A DNA stretch of 64,000 nucleotides from Phallusia mammillata. Lineage: Eukaryota. The notes beneath the pieces were generated by a model that saw nothing but the letters and a program-made list of their open reading frames with translations, searched no databases and had not been told where the DNA came from. The stretch covers positions 21,762,001-21,826,000 of the forward strand of contig OZ281498.1 of the NCBI GenBank assembly GCA_965637545.1. The letters are read 5' to 3'. The position numbers and the translations under genes were made by a program. Shown piece after piece: positions 1 through 12,599 of the stretch (position 1 is the first letter of the stretch; every line of letters starts with the position of its first letter).

Positions 1-302
1 TGCATTTCACGCTAAAATGTTTCCACACGTATATAAACTTTTGATCCAAAAGAAATGATTTACAAACGACAATATGCCAATTTAACCAGGGATTACCATT
101 GAGTTGCCCTTAATCAACAAAATGTGAGTTCGTTGTAAAATCAAGCATTTTTAAAATATTTTTTTAAGTAGACAAAAACTGCACTTCGTATTCATACTGC
201 ATGATGTGTTTCCTGGTATATTTTTTTCGAAACCAAAACCAGGAGGTCTTTGAATCGTTAACGAAACTGAAGGCATGTGTCCGTTTGGTTAACAAGAGTA
301 GT

Positions 303-3004
303 TCACTTTTTCGCAGTCTTGGATACTCGGCGCGACTTTCGGCGTCCTCCTAGCGGTGTGCTGCTGCGAGAATGTCTTCCACTTGTGGGCGTGCCGCGCC
401 TTGACGACGCTTTCGGATAATGGCGGGATTTTTGCAACGACTGTAAGCTTCCACTGACAGACGTCGTCGTGCTGTTAATCTCTGTGACATAAAGGGAAAT
501 TATTTGGGTTGGGATTTCAGGGTCTGGCCCAGGCGTAAATATTACAAGTTTAAATATAATGAGGTTTGGCCTGAATTTATATAGTAAACCCCGGTCAGTC
601 CGCACCCGTTTGGACCAAAAAGTTTGACCGGATTAGGCAAAGGTGGTTAACCGATGTCGATAAGTTAAAGCTTTCGCACATTACAAATCATTTGTACCTC
701 GAGTTTTGTCCGAATTAGGCGAAGATCCGGATTAACTGCATGCGTTTAAATAAAGGTTTACTGTACTTCGGACATGTAACTTCGGATTTAGGTCCGATTT
801 TGCCCCATTCCAGGCCCGCTTACAACTCTGTTATAAACTTTAACTTGTTTTCAGTGGACAGGACATGTATTAGAACAAGATTGTCATCAAAGTGGCATAA
901 GTCGCAGTCACATGTAATCTAAAAGTTGCTATTGGGTCGCGGCATATGAAACTGGAAAAAGTGTGCGTTTCTTTCGTACTCGTGACATTTGAACGCTATT
1001 TTGGGTTGGGCATGTTAAATATAACTTACAAGATTTTGTTTTCGTGTTAATATTGGCATTTATGTTTTGATAATGTTTCAAACAGTATTGGGAGAAAAAC
1101 TACTCCACTACCTGCTAGTTCGTCTTCTGTGACAAATATTTCAGGAGTAACGTTATTTCTGTAACACCAATCTAAATCTTCATCGTCGTACGGTTCCGCA
1201 TCACCACACAATTCCGCTTTGCGTCTCCTTTCTCTGTATTCAGCCTCTGCTCTGTAAAGCAAATAGGCGTTTTTCAGGCGTGTTGATCAATTCTGGACAC
1301 GCAAAAAACAAGTTATACTGTTAGAGAGATTGTAGAAAGGAAATACATTATCTTGCACACGTGTCAACAAATGCAGGCGAAATCATGAAACGAAGTACTT
1401 ACAAGACCAAAAATTCGGTTGATTCTTTATGGCCGTAAATTTCGGCGATTCTTTTAGGAGTATCCCCGTATAAATCTTTCCTGTTCATAGGCGCCTTGAA
1501 ATTGTGCAGTGTTCTGAAGACAAAAACTCTCTCATAAAATGCTTTGTAATATAGTGGTCATGTGTGGCACTATTGTATTTTAAACTGTAATGAAGTCCAA
1601 AACATAGGGATAAACTTAGCCTTTTCAAACCGTTTTTGGGTCATTTAGTAGGCAAATAAACGAGATTTTTAATTGGTGGTAGGCTACAGCTTGGAATTGA
1701 ACTTCCAATTTACAAAATCAGAATTTTCAATTAACGGAATTGAAATCGCGAATCGTCGGCTTGCAACAATAGTCATCACAAGTGTTTGACCTTATTGTTA
1801 AGCTGATCATATTTGTAACTAATACATCACGCTCAGATCAACAACAGGCTTATTATGTTCATCACAAAAAGTGACCATCTTCACGACCACAACAACTGTA
1901 CCTTAGAACGTGAGTGCGCCCTCCTTCGGCTGCAAAATGTGCTGGTGTCCATCCGGTAGAAGACCTAACACCGGGATGAGCGCCTTTTTCCAACAGACAT
2001 CGGGTCATGTCACTTTTCCCTAAACATAACCAATAAATACAATGAAATAGGAACTAACTTTATATCGGTAACGCGATTTGGCCACGGATCTAATGATGCA
2101 ATGTAACAAATTTGATTTCTACATTAACAGCTGAATGCCATGGCCAGGCCGGAGAAAGTTCATTCGTAAAAGGTGGTCGCTATATACATATCAATGGGTT
2201 CAATAAAATTTTAGTGGTGGTAGAAGTATTTTCTTTGCTTAAACTCCTTGTTTGCTTGTAACAGGATGTACACTCATAATTTTTGCGACAAGTTCCAACA
2301 TGTTTGAGAAAGACAAACAACACTAAACGAGTAAGAAAAAAAGCAACGTTAGAGCGATTTCCGCATAAATCACATTCTTACGTATGCCGTTGAACAAATC
2401 AACCATATATTTCGAAACTATTTTAGGTTCATACCCAGTTTAGCCATAAGAATAGTCTAGCGAGCATGAGTAAGTTTCAAAGTTGGTGACGTCACACGAT
2501 TTTGAAATTGCCCAATAACGACTTTGGCTCGTTTTGGTATTGTACCTTGCTTATGTACTACACATTTACTTCTACATTTGTTTAGCACCCGAGGAGCGGC
2601 ACTGTTGGAGAAGCCAAAAATAGTGACGACATGATAATACTAATTATCATGACGTCATTAAATCCATTCAATTATCTCGTGACGTAAATTCAAGATTCTA
2701 TGAAATAAATCAGTTACGTACAATTGTACGCTAAATTTTAACTGTATAATAAAAGCGTGTGTATTTAGGATGACTTTTGTTGTATATTGTTGTACAAATA
2801 CAAAGTACAATGCTATTGGATGGACACGGTAAACCAAAACCTACCTTTAATACAACACCAATGTAGAGGGGCCCTTTCATTCCAATCAGGGTCTTTATAG
2901 TTAATGACATCTAGTCTACCAGTTGCAAGCTTTTCTTCAAGCAAATCGGAATCACCAGCAGCACACACCTCAAGCAGTTCAGACAATCGCGTCTCTTGCG
3001 TCAT
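303..3004 (-). CDS. ANKRD66: Ankyrin repeat protein, ANKRD66-like; 5 exons, ~235 aa
   Basis: Exons 2845-3004, 1902-2019, 1403-1513, 1112-1251 and 303-481 have GT-AG ends, match in phase and total 708 nt. Translation includes NYKDPDWNERAPLHWCCIKG, GWTPAHFAAEGG and DLYGDTPKRIAEIYGH, which match my recollection of vertebrate ANKRD66 (NYKDVDWNDRTPLHW / GWTPAHFAAE / GDTPKRIAQIYG). Ends in a basic, Ser/Arg-rich tail. Confidence 0.85.
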
Positions 3005-4057
3005 AATAGCTCAAGAACACATAATTGTGTCTGAAGTGTACGACTTCGACCTGCTGGGACCACACTCTGCTAGCAACTTTGTGTACTCTGAGGTATCCAA
3101 GCGCAGTAATAACAGACTGTTGGCTTGACACAGTGTTTACCTTTTGACTGTACAGCATACAAGGCGTGCTTCATCAGTTAAAGCCTGTCCGCTTTGGTAA
3201 CAATGGACTTAAATTCTACAGACAGCAATATAAAAGGTTTTTCGATATTTCCAACTTTAATAGCCAAGCGCGCTTGTATTGTAGTGGCTGAGTTTTAAAA
3301 CTCATTCAGTAGGAGCTTTTGTTACAGGCCACCACAATACGGTGTGTTGACTTTTAGCCGAAATCGAGTGGCCCATTCACCGGGCAGACTAAGAGTGCGA
3401 TTGATGGCAGAACGCCCGATGTGAAGAGTTTCAACAAACACGTCAACCGGGTGCTTCTGTTTTCCCACGTAATTAAATCAGCTGCACTTAATCCGATCAC
3501 ACACAGGTCAAATTGGACTGTTGTTGTGTTTGAGATGTTTTAAACAATGGAATTTATTTCTTATAATAGGCTGTCATTTGTATTGTTAAATAAAATTGTG
3601 TTCGTACAAAAATCGTCGTGCATTATATTAGTTCGAGGTGTGTTTTTATGTTTTTTTCATGTATTACTTGGGTTGAAGTTTTTAACACTGATTCCTAAAC
3701 ATGAAAAAAAACCTTTAGACCATATTTGTATTAGGCGGTCTTGCTTTTAAGGTAGGATTTCGGGCTTGGGTTTACAAAATATACACTGTTTACATGAATG
3801 TGAATGTGCATAGAGCCAATTGTACTTTATTTTGATGCTCATTTTTATAACCCGTGCAATGTTAGAAACTTTTTTGAGCCTGTCACACAGAAGATGTACC
3901 GAAACTTGAAAAAGGTTTGTAAGCAAATAACACTTTTCAGCAAGGACTGAAGCTATAGACACATAACAAAGAAATGGCGTTAAAACAAGCTGCACCACAA
4001 TGGCCAGAAAACAACAACACAAATTAATGCAGCACTGTGGCGTCATCTACCGGAACT

Positions 4058-7000
4058 TCACAGGGCATCAGATATTCGTTCGTCCTCCAAATACAACAAA
4101 AAAGCCCGAAAAGTACGTAGAGAACTAATTAAGGCTTTAAGACCGAAGCCATGAGTTAAAGTTTCATAGTTGTAAAGTTGAGACGAAGTTGATGAAGAAC
4201 GATTACTCGAAAATGTAACGTTTGGTTCGTTAAAGGTTTCAAAGGGCTTGGTGCCAAGCAGTTCTATAAAGCAGTCCAGAAGCTCCCTGTAACAATTTTT
4301 TTGTTAAAATCTAATTGTATATATATATTTATATATGTATAGAAGCACTCAGCAAAGAAACACAACTATTAGGTTTTACAAAGTTTAAGGTTACTGATTA
4401 TAAGCCACAAAATAATTAAATGGTAATGTTTAAATCAGAACAGATTTTTGTTTCTGTGCATAAAATTGCAAGCAAGCCGCGTTTAAATCATATGTATCTG
4501 TTCACTTTCTTACGTGGGTAAAAGGTTAACACAAATTTAGGTCTATGACTGAGATAGCCTTAATAGGGTTCAGGTCTTATTTAGAAGTTGCAGACAGTGC
4601 ACACTGTTTCGACCTATAAGGTTTCATCAGTGCAGCTGGTGAGAAGAGATTGGCCGCATTGGCTAGTGTAGCTATCTAACGGCACTTTGTTCGGAGTAAC
4701 AGGCTACAAAAAGCCTCACCTATTGTGTTCGATGCTACACATGGGCATAAACCACGGAGGAAACTCGCAAACAAGTGCGCACTGTCTGTAGCTTATCATT
4801 TTCTGGCTTGATGGTCTTAATTAGTTAAAAGAAACTCTCCGGTAATAACGTAAGCACAACTGAATCTTACAGAGATGAGGCGATGGACTCCGATTTATAA
4901 GCCGCCGATTCCTCCGCATAGCGGCGCTGAAGAGCTTTTTTGGCCAAGGCTTTCGCAGGAAACTCACACTGGCATAATTTAGAGAAGTCTTCAGCAAGTT
5001 GACCTGCTTCACCTGCAAAAACAAGGTTTGTGGGCAAAAGTTCACCGGAGAACTAGCCCAGTACCCACGTGTGTACAGAAATACTGCAAACATGTAAACA
5101 ATTTGTTGTTGTGGCCTTTATCCTAGTTAGTCGTTTATACAACGTTCCGTTAAAGAATAGTGTTCTCGATATAAAACGAGGTTTAGATATTCTAAATTAA
5201 ATTGAAGTAAGTTGAAAATTCAGTAAGTTTCAAAAAAATGATTTTGTGTTGATGACCAACAAGGATTATTTAGAGCAACGCGTATTTAACAGTTCTCTCT
5301 CGGTATTGTTGTTACTCACACTACTTTTTAAGGCTGTTTGCATAAAGTGGAAAACGAAATTGGGGCACAAACTCAAAAGTACAAGTCCGAAATCCGGTCT
5401 AAGTCCGAATGTCCCCGTATTGGGCCCGAAAGTTAGTGACTATAGCACAAATGAGGCTAAGTGTAAAGTCACGCCCTAATCCAGTCCGTTTTATTAAAAT
5501 TTAAGCCCGAAACAAAAACGGTTACTGTGAATGTTTTTGGACAAACCCGTACTTTCAGTAAGAGAGGTAAAGAGTGTGCACTTGGCCGTTTTTCGTCGTC
5601 CGGGCGGCAGCTCTACTCCGATTTGTTGCAGCTTTTCGCGAAGGTATTGCGTTCCGTTCTTGGACTTAGCTTTGCGGAGGATCGGGCCAAGAAGTGAAAT
5701 GTTCAGGCTTTCGGGCGTCAAAACCCGGCGAAGAATCTCACCCACAAGGACCTCGTGTCGTTTGCTTTGATTAGGCATGCTAGAAAAAAATAGTGTTATT
5801 AAACTTGCGACCCCATTGATACAAGCAAGACGTGCTTTCTCTTTTTTTTCTGTACTTTTCTAACTTCGATACAAATTCCAAAGTTGTAAGTTGGGATTGT
5901 TTTTTTGGGTCAAAAGTTATGTTTATTTGTGCTATAGTTTTACTTTCTTTGCGCAAAAGTACATGAGCTTTCTTTTTGCGCGTCCCACATATTTTTGTGC
6001 AGACCTTTAACAAATTGATTCGGACTTAAAACGATCTGTTTCGGCTAACCACACAACATGTACTCCTACATACAACTCATGGTTTAAACAAATTTCTTAG
6101 CGATAAAGTACAAGATCGCAAAACACCACACAACAATATATTCACCCTAATCGACCAGGAACAAGACAAAAAACATCTTTCGTCGAAATGTGAGGCGGAA
6201 GGCCCTTCGATATTACGTCATAACCCTGTGTGACGTCAGGCAAGATGGCGGTCTTGTTCTTGTATGACGTCACAATTCCGTTTCCTAAAAATAAAAAGAG
6301 GAAAAATCTAAAATAGTTTTAAAACTGAAAATTGTGAAAATATTCGCAAACGGTTTTTTAGAGAGAATTGAGAATCTTTATAATGAGCAATGAGTAGCCT
6401 TGTGTTTTGGGTTGTTTATTGTTGAAGGTGTCTCCGTTGCTACTGTAAGGAAACGGGGCCCAAAATATCTGTTTGTTTTTCTAAAGTGCAGGTTAAACTA
6501 AAGCCCAAGCAATTGGAAAATTGCAAGAGAAATTGGTCGCATTTAACGAGATTTCGTTTTTCCACTAACCGTTTAGACTGCGTTGCTAAGCAAGTTTTTA
6601 TAAATGTGGATAACAGTGTAATGTGTTACAATTCCATCCACCAATAGCGCACCTGAGTAATTCTTTACACCAAAGTTGTTGACAAAACGTAGATTTCTAG
6701 ATAACATCTGTACATTGTTTGGCATCGCAGAAGGATAAGCATAAGGGCGTTGAACAAATGGGGGATGTGGGTCGATTTCACTGTCTCCGAATCTTCTGGT
6801 TTCGGCCACACTTGTGCGATTTCCTGGTCTGTATTGATTTGTCGGCGAACTTGTGTTGAGCATGCTTCTTATGATATACCGTCGGGTCATAGGAAACGTT
6901 TCGTTTCGAATTTCCGGCTCGCTTTCCGGCGGAAGATTTTCAGGATCCCGAGAGGTTTCACAGGCTTGCGCTTGACCACTTGACTCATTCCATGCAGCGG

Positions 7001-10000
7001 ACGACATTGGTCGGAAGTTGGCCCACGGGTTTGGGGGCCTCGAATTCCCGCTGTTGCTGTATTGAGAACACGTTGATGAACGACCGAGATCCGGAATAAG
7101 AAGCGTTTGTGTGAGATGGCAGTTTGATACTGTCTGGTCTTCAGGGTTGCGTTCACAGCCATCGTAAATAGCCCATTGTGAAAGAGCTGGCCCTGCGGGG
7201 GGATCTGCATTGCAAGGCTGCCAGCAAATTGGTCGCGTTTGGTAGGAACTTGATGTAACAATCGAAGTGGGAAGACTTCGGGGGGACGCGACGGCAGGTT
7301 GAGGAGACCTTGACCTCGAATGACCATCAGGTGGACAAAGCGGAATAAATCGGTTGTCACTGCAGCGAGCTTGTTTACCGTTGCACAGCACTTGATGACT
7401 TGATGTCGTATCGCTTCCATGTGCGCGTTTACGGTTGTTCTAAACAAGATACAATAAAGATAAAGGCAACTGTTTAGCCAGCACGGGCCAAAAAAGTAGT
7501 AATGTGAAGGCAGGTCGCAAAGTGTCTCATGCAATAACGTAAGAGTGCGGGCAAAATTAACTTAAATATTTAAACTGGTGTTTGTTTGATGTGAATATGT
7601 ACATTTAACAAGTGCACAACAGTACTTGCTGGCTAAAACTTTAACATTGATCAGGTTTGGTTAGGATACAAAACCGCATGCTAAACTTCAACACAAAAAA
7701 AGACAAAAAAAAGACAAAAAAAATTGTCTTTGTACGTAACCATTCATATTCCCAGTTATAAACTAATAACTGTGGTACATAAAAGAGGTATAACGCATTA
7801 ATTGCATCGGATGGATTGAGATCAAAATTAGAATTTTTTATGCGGTTGTGGGGTGTAGGTTACCCACCCTTCAGATTAAGTCTAATAAAAGTATTTTATT
7901 CTATTAAAAGTGATCGGACCCTAATGACACCGTAAAAGGTTTCGTAAACCCGCGACCAATTTTAAGTTTACACACAACGATATTTATAAAGCGCGATTTA
8001 AAATAATGTTTCAGCATTTTAAAATAGCATGAAACTTTTATAAAAACATTCTTTGTAGGCGACAAACTAAAATGCATTGTGACATCTGGACCCCATAGTG
8101 ATGCAACAGAGGTCAATTGTCAGTGACAAACGATTTCCGATGTCGCAGCCCAGACACAAGAATTAAATTTTTGGTCCTGGACCAAACGTGGTTTGTATAT
8201 TCTGCACCCTGTTTTGGTTGCTTGTGGTAATGAAAAAAGGACAAAAAATACCAAAACCTTCAAATTGGGTCTGCGTATAGTTTGAAAGTGTCGAGAAGGG
8301 CCCGCAAAGGAAAAAGGGTTGAGAACCACCTCCCTAAAGGTTGAGACTTCAGACATACTGTCTTAAACTTTCGTTGCTCCTTTGAGGCTGTTTATAGACT
8401 GTTTTATATAACATACACCCACACACATATGTAAACAGTCCAACCTTAAAAATCGCATGGAACGCAAGTACTTGGGATGGGCTAAAACCGCACGTCCGGC
8501 GATTGGCCAAACGGCTATTATGACGCTACACACGTGTATATGACGTAACAGACGATTAGCTGTTGTATTTTTAATTTCCATCACGAGTATTTTAACATAA
8601 AAAATGCTTGAAAGAACAATGATTGTTATACCTGGTTTATTGATGACGTTTGAATGGTGGCTTGACACGTCATCGCTGTTTGTTGAGGACTGATTTCGCA
8701 ACGTTTCGTCACAAGCTTGCATGTCGTATTGGTATTTGACAAGGCTTGTGTTAAGAGGGCTAAAACAAACACCCAATAAAACACCACAAAGTAGAATACT
8801 ATAAGAATATCTAAGTTTTTAAGAAAAAAGCTTAAAACGACATTATTAATTACTATACGTACTTACGACATTCCGTGTATTTTTGTGCTACCTTACTTAT
8901 TCTTTTGAAAAGTTGGTGCTAAAAATTCTGAACAATCAAATGTTACTTCGACTTACGGAAGGAGCAGTTAATGGGGTTGGTTTGACCAGAATGATGAGAT
9001 CTCTGTGTTGGGGGTGAATCCGATGAGAGGTGCGACATTGGTGTAACTTCCATTTGCGCTAAATTGGAAAAAAATGTTCACATTATATGAATTCAACTAT
9101 TTAAAAAAGCTTTTCTTAACATATCGTATATTCAATGAATACACTGTTGCTGCCAGGCATAACGTATTAACAGAATTTTTAGCTCTTCCGGCAGTTTTTT
9201 ATTGTAATATGCCAACGTTTCCAGGTCACAGCGTTTCTAGATCACTTAAACAACGTGCAACAAGGGATCGCATTTACCATGGAATTGCAAACTAACAACC
9301 GGCTTCCCTTTCTGGATGTGGAGGTATTACAGGCAACAGACGGGAGACTTTCCACGCAAGTGTACCACAAACCAACGAGCACCAGGCGCTATTTGCATTT
9401 CACGTCTCACCATCCTCTACACCACAAGAGAGCTGTGGTGAAATCGCTGACAGATCAGGCCCGAAGGTTGACCACAGAACCCGGAATGCTCCAAACCGAA
9501 TTACGAAGGGTACACCAGGCCCTGCGGTTAAATGGCTACCCGAACTGGATCCTCCGTGACCGAAAAACCACGGGTGCTCGGAAAAAGGTTCAGTCCAAAG
9601 AGCGTACATTTGTTACCTTGCCATACATTCCTAGGTTAACAGACGTAATACGTCGCATGTTAATCGACTTTGGGGTCTCAGTAGGGATTAAACCAGTCAA
9701 CACCCTACGTCAGATGCTGTCGCACCCCAAAGATCCCATTGATACAAACGCAGCAAGGGGTGTGGTGTACGCGATCCCATGTCAACAGTGCAAGGAGATT
9801 TACATTGGCGAGACGGGAAGATCTCTGAATACGCGCCGTAAAGAACACGAGAGGGATGTAGCCAAGAAAGATGCTAAAAAATCGGCATTAGCACAACATG
9901 CTACTACCCTCGGTCACACCATAAACTTCTCTGCTGCCCAGGTGTTAGCTAGAGAAACCGATTTTCACAAGCGAGGTTTCCTGGAGTCGTGGAACATACA

Positions 10001-11084
10001 TTCTCACACCAACACGATGAACGTTAAAACGGACGTTCTAATGCCGATAACTTATCGGTCGCTTTTGCACCATTGAGCCAGGTGTTATCACACGACCATT
10101 GGTGCGAACTGCGTTATTTCTATCGCCTTTTTTGTGTGTGTTTCGCCGCCCTTTTCGCTTTATAATAACTTGTGTTTGCATTGTATGTCATTACCCTGAT
10201 GAAGGTGTTTCGTATGGGACATCGAAACGTTGGCATATTACAATAAAAAACTGCCGGAAGAGCTAAAAATTCTGTTAATATCGTATATTCTACTATTCGA
10301 AGAATGCGACCACTTAAAAACATAACATTACGATTCAAATTCTAAAACCAGAGTTTCAAAACAAGGGGTGAATTTCCCCCAAGAGTCAAAATATAAGAAT
10401 ATATTATTTTACTTCATTCTTCTGGCTTTCATAATATTAGTAACATACTGTTAACAAGGTAACAAGTAAGGAATATACTAAGAGGCTGTGTTTATGTGAG
10501 TTTGTAGGGGTAATTTAATTTTATCTTCAAAACTGGCTAAAATGAACGAGACAAAAGAGGTTGAGAACCTATGTTACATTCGTACTTTAAACCTAAAAAA
10601 AAGAATCACCTTGCTCTTTGTTTGGTGGATAAAAACTATGTCAAATCTTATGTTCAAAGTTCAAACATTAGGTCATTCGTCAACAGATTTCTATTTGAAT
10701 AAGATAATATTGATGCTCTTAATGCATAGTATATACATATCACAATCTTTGGAACAAATGACTTGTTTCTAATTCACTTAACCATGGTTCAAAAAAATCA
10801 AGAAATTACTAACCGGATTTTTCAGCAAAAATATTGCCGGAACAAAATCGTTCATTTTGGTTCGAATTTGCAGATAAACCTCGGACAGCTTCGATCACGT
10901 GAGGGGGCGCTTCGTCATACTTGACTGACGACAGAGTTTGATAACTCTTTTCCTCAAACGAGTCATCTTCATCATTCGATTCCAAGTCAGTTTCTCCTTC
11001 GCAAATCACTCTTCCCGATTGTGATGTCAATAATTGGCCATTGTCTTTGCTGGTGTTATCCGCGATGTTGTTGTTTTCATCCAT
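4058..11084 (-). CDS. TFAP2: Divergent AP-2 (TFAP2) family transcription factor; 7 exons proposed, ~640 aa
   Basis: Firm exons: 6653-7439, 6146-6284 (DVFCLVPGRL), 5553-5779 (VLVGEILRRVLTPESLNISLLGPILRKAKSKNG...LPPGRRKTAKCTLFTSLTE), 4871-5012 (EAGQLAEDF...EFPAKA) and 4058-4286 (THGFG). All are GT-AG and in phase. The two 5' exons (10814-11084, MDENNN...; 8632-8759) rest only on splice signals and phase compatibility, so they are less certain. Confidence 0.85.
4586..4798 (-). mobile_element. Short non-autonomous element with a family-2 hammerhead motif (copy A) and an inverted partial copy, in AP-2 intron
   Basis: Minus strand reads AGCTGCA-CTGATGA-AACCTTATAGGTC-GAAA-CAGTGTGCACTG-TC/TGCAACT (4586-4637). 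A plus-strand copy of the 3' half (aaacaagtgcgcactgtctgtagctta) lies at ~4769-4795. Homologous to 26420-26550 and 30652-30725. Confidence 0.7.
9134..10290 (+). mobile_element. 5'-truncated Penelope-like retroelement: RT C-terminus plus GIY-YIG endonuclease, with pLTR
   Basis: Uninterrupted ORF 9255-10076 has LPFLDV, YHKPT, HHP..HK, the GIY-YIG motif VVYAIPCQQCKEIYIGETGR...R.KEH, and LES. Positions 9165-9221 are the reverse complement of 10224-10280 (inverted pLTR piece). A 13-bp direct repeat ATATCGTATATTC sits at 9121-9133 and 10278-10290. Antisense within putative AP-2 intron 1. Confidence 0.9.
10185..10238 (+). ncRNA. Minimal type I hammerhead ribozyme motif in PLE pLTR (family 1)
   Basis: CTGATGA (10196-10202), extra A, stem II GGTGTTTC/GGGACATC, GAAA (10224-10227), then CGTT giving a GUU triplet. 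Stem I is only partly paired. Confidence 0.65.
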
Positions 11085-11468
11085 TCCTCTGTGTTTTATT
11101 CTTAAGTGGATATCCTATTTTTTCGCCTACCATGTTAATTAAACGCACGCCTTTTATGACTATACAGTAATGTACGCTGTAACTAATAGTTTGAATTGCA
11201 ATTTTAAGCTTTTTCATTTCTTTTTTGTTGCTATTTGTTTTGGATATCACACACACTATTGGGTTAAAATGTACATGTCTTAACGCTGCCCTATTTCAGG
11301 CTTTATTAACGTTTACATTCTACTTACTATATGCGACTGATCTTTATACTGATTTTATCTACTGACTTGTGGATATATAATCTACTACAAACAGTTATTC
11401 CCATTATTTTTGCCTAAATTTATTCAAAATCTTGGTACCGCAATAACTAGCCTAAAAATACTCTAGAA

Positions 11469-11685
11469 CAGTGGTTCTCAAACGTTTTTATTGTCGGGGC
11501 CAAATGGTATTTTTTTAAGTGTGTAGGGAGCCGCAAAAAAACGAAACCTTGAGAAAATCACTGAAGATTATTACTTTGAAAGCTAAAATAGCAATGTTTG
11601 GTGGTTTTCTGAGGTCTGGTGCGAGCCGCAGAATAGGTAGTTGGGAGCCGCATGCGGCCCCAAAAACCGAGTTTAAGAACCACTG
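11469..11685. mobile_element. hAT-type MITE
   Basis: TIRs CAGTGGTTCTCAAAC / GTTTAAGAACCACTG with a perfect 8-bp TSD CTCTAGAA (11461-11468 and 11686-11693). Confidence 0.85.
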
Positions 11686-12599
11686 CTCTAGAAACTATAG
11701 TATAGTATAGTTAATCATATCAATCGTATCTTTATTCATAGTGTCACAAATTTGTTACATAGGCCTTTAGGCACCAGCACCACTAATGCACATAGGCAAG
11801 TTTAAATTAATCTAAACCTTTCATCGGCGAACACATTTGATTTTTTAAAACAAAAATAAACTTTCCTTTAGCTATGTCGTACCCACTACGCGTACGGTCT
11901 CCATTTTACAAACCTATACTCTCCTATATATTCAATTCTCTTGCCTATCATTGTGCTTACAACTACATTGCTGGACACATTGCCTTACTACTGTAAGCGC
12001 CGTTAGCATTTGAATGGTTCGAAGTGCCAACAGTTCCTTGCAAGAAACCTGAAGCGTGTTTTACTCAGCAATCCCGTCCTATTACGTCATAATTGCATGG
12101 AATTCTTGCCTCAAGGATTCCTTTGTTCTGATTCAGCTAATAAACCCCTGTGCTGCATCTTTTAAAAGCAAAACGTTCGAGTGTATGTGTAGATTTTTTC
12201 GGCGAAAAAAATGTACGAAAGTGCAAATGGATGAAAACACAAAACAATAGTGATATCTCGTAAAACACTGTACACAAAATTCAATACTTTTGTGCAGCAA
12301 TTGCAATGTATAAAGCTGCGATATGAAATGCTTTGAACATAAATTTATAACTTATAAAAAGTCGTTGAACAAAAGTATGATGAACAGTTAAAAGGGTAAA
12401 ATTCAATCAACAATGTTGTTCATACATAATTCGAATTGCGCATGCTGATGTGCACTTACAAAAAGTTGGTAAAAGCAAAAATTTGGAACATAGAAAATGA
12501 TTAAAAGCGTGCTGAAATACACACAGAAAAAAAAATATAGCAAAAACCACTTCCCTTTTTTAACAAAGCAAATCTCATTTTGTTTTTTTATCCAGTATT

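Noticed and set aside
6887-7534. 215-aa minus-strand ORF
   Set aside because: Alternative frame over the large AP-2 exon. The frame that splices into the AP-2 domain is the 6573-7391 one.
8120-8356. ORF MSEVSTFREVV... as a first exon of AP-2
   Set aside because: It overlaps a hAT-MITE-like end (GGTGGTTCTCAACC). Exons 10814-11084 and 8632-8759 give a better phase-consistent model.
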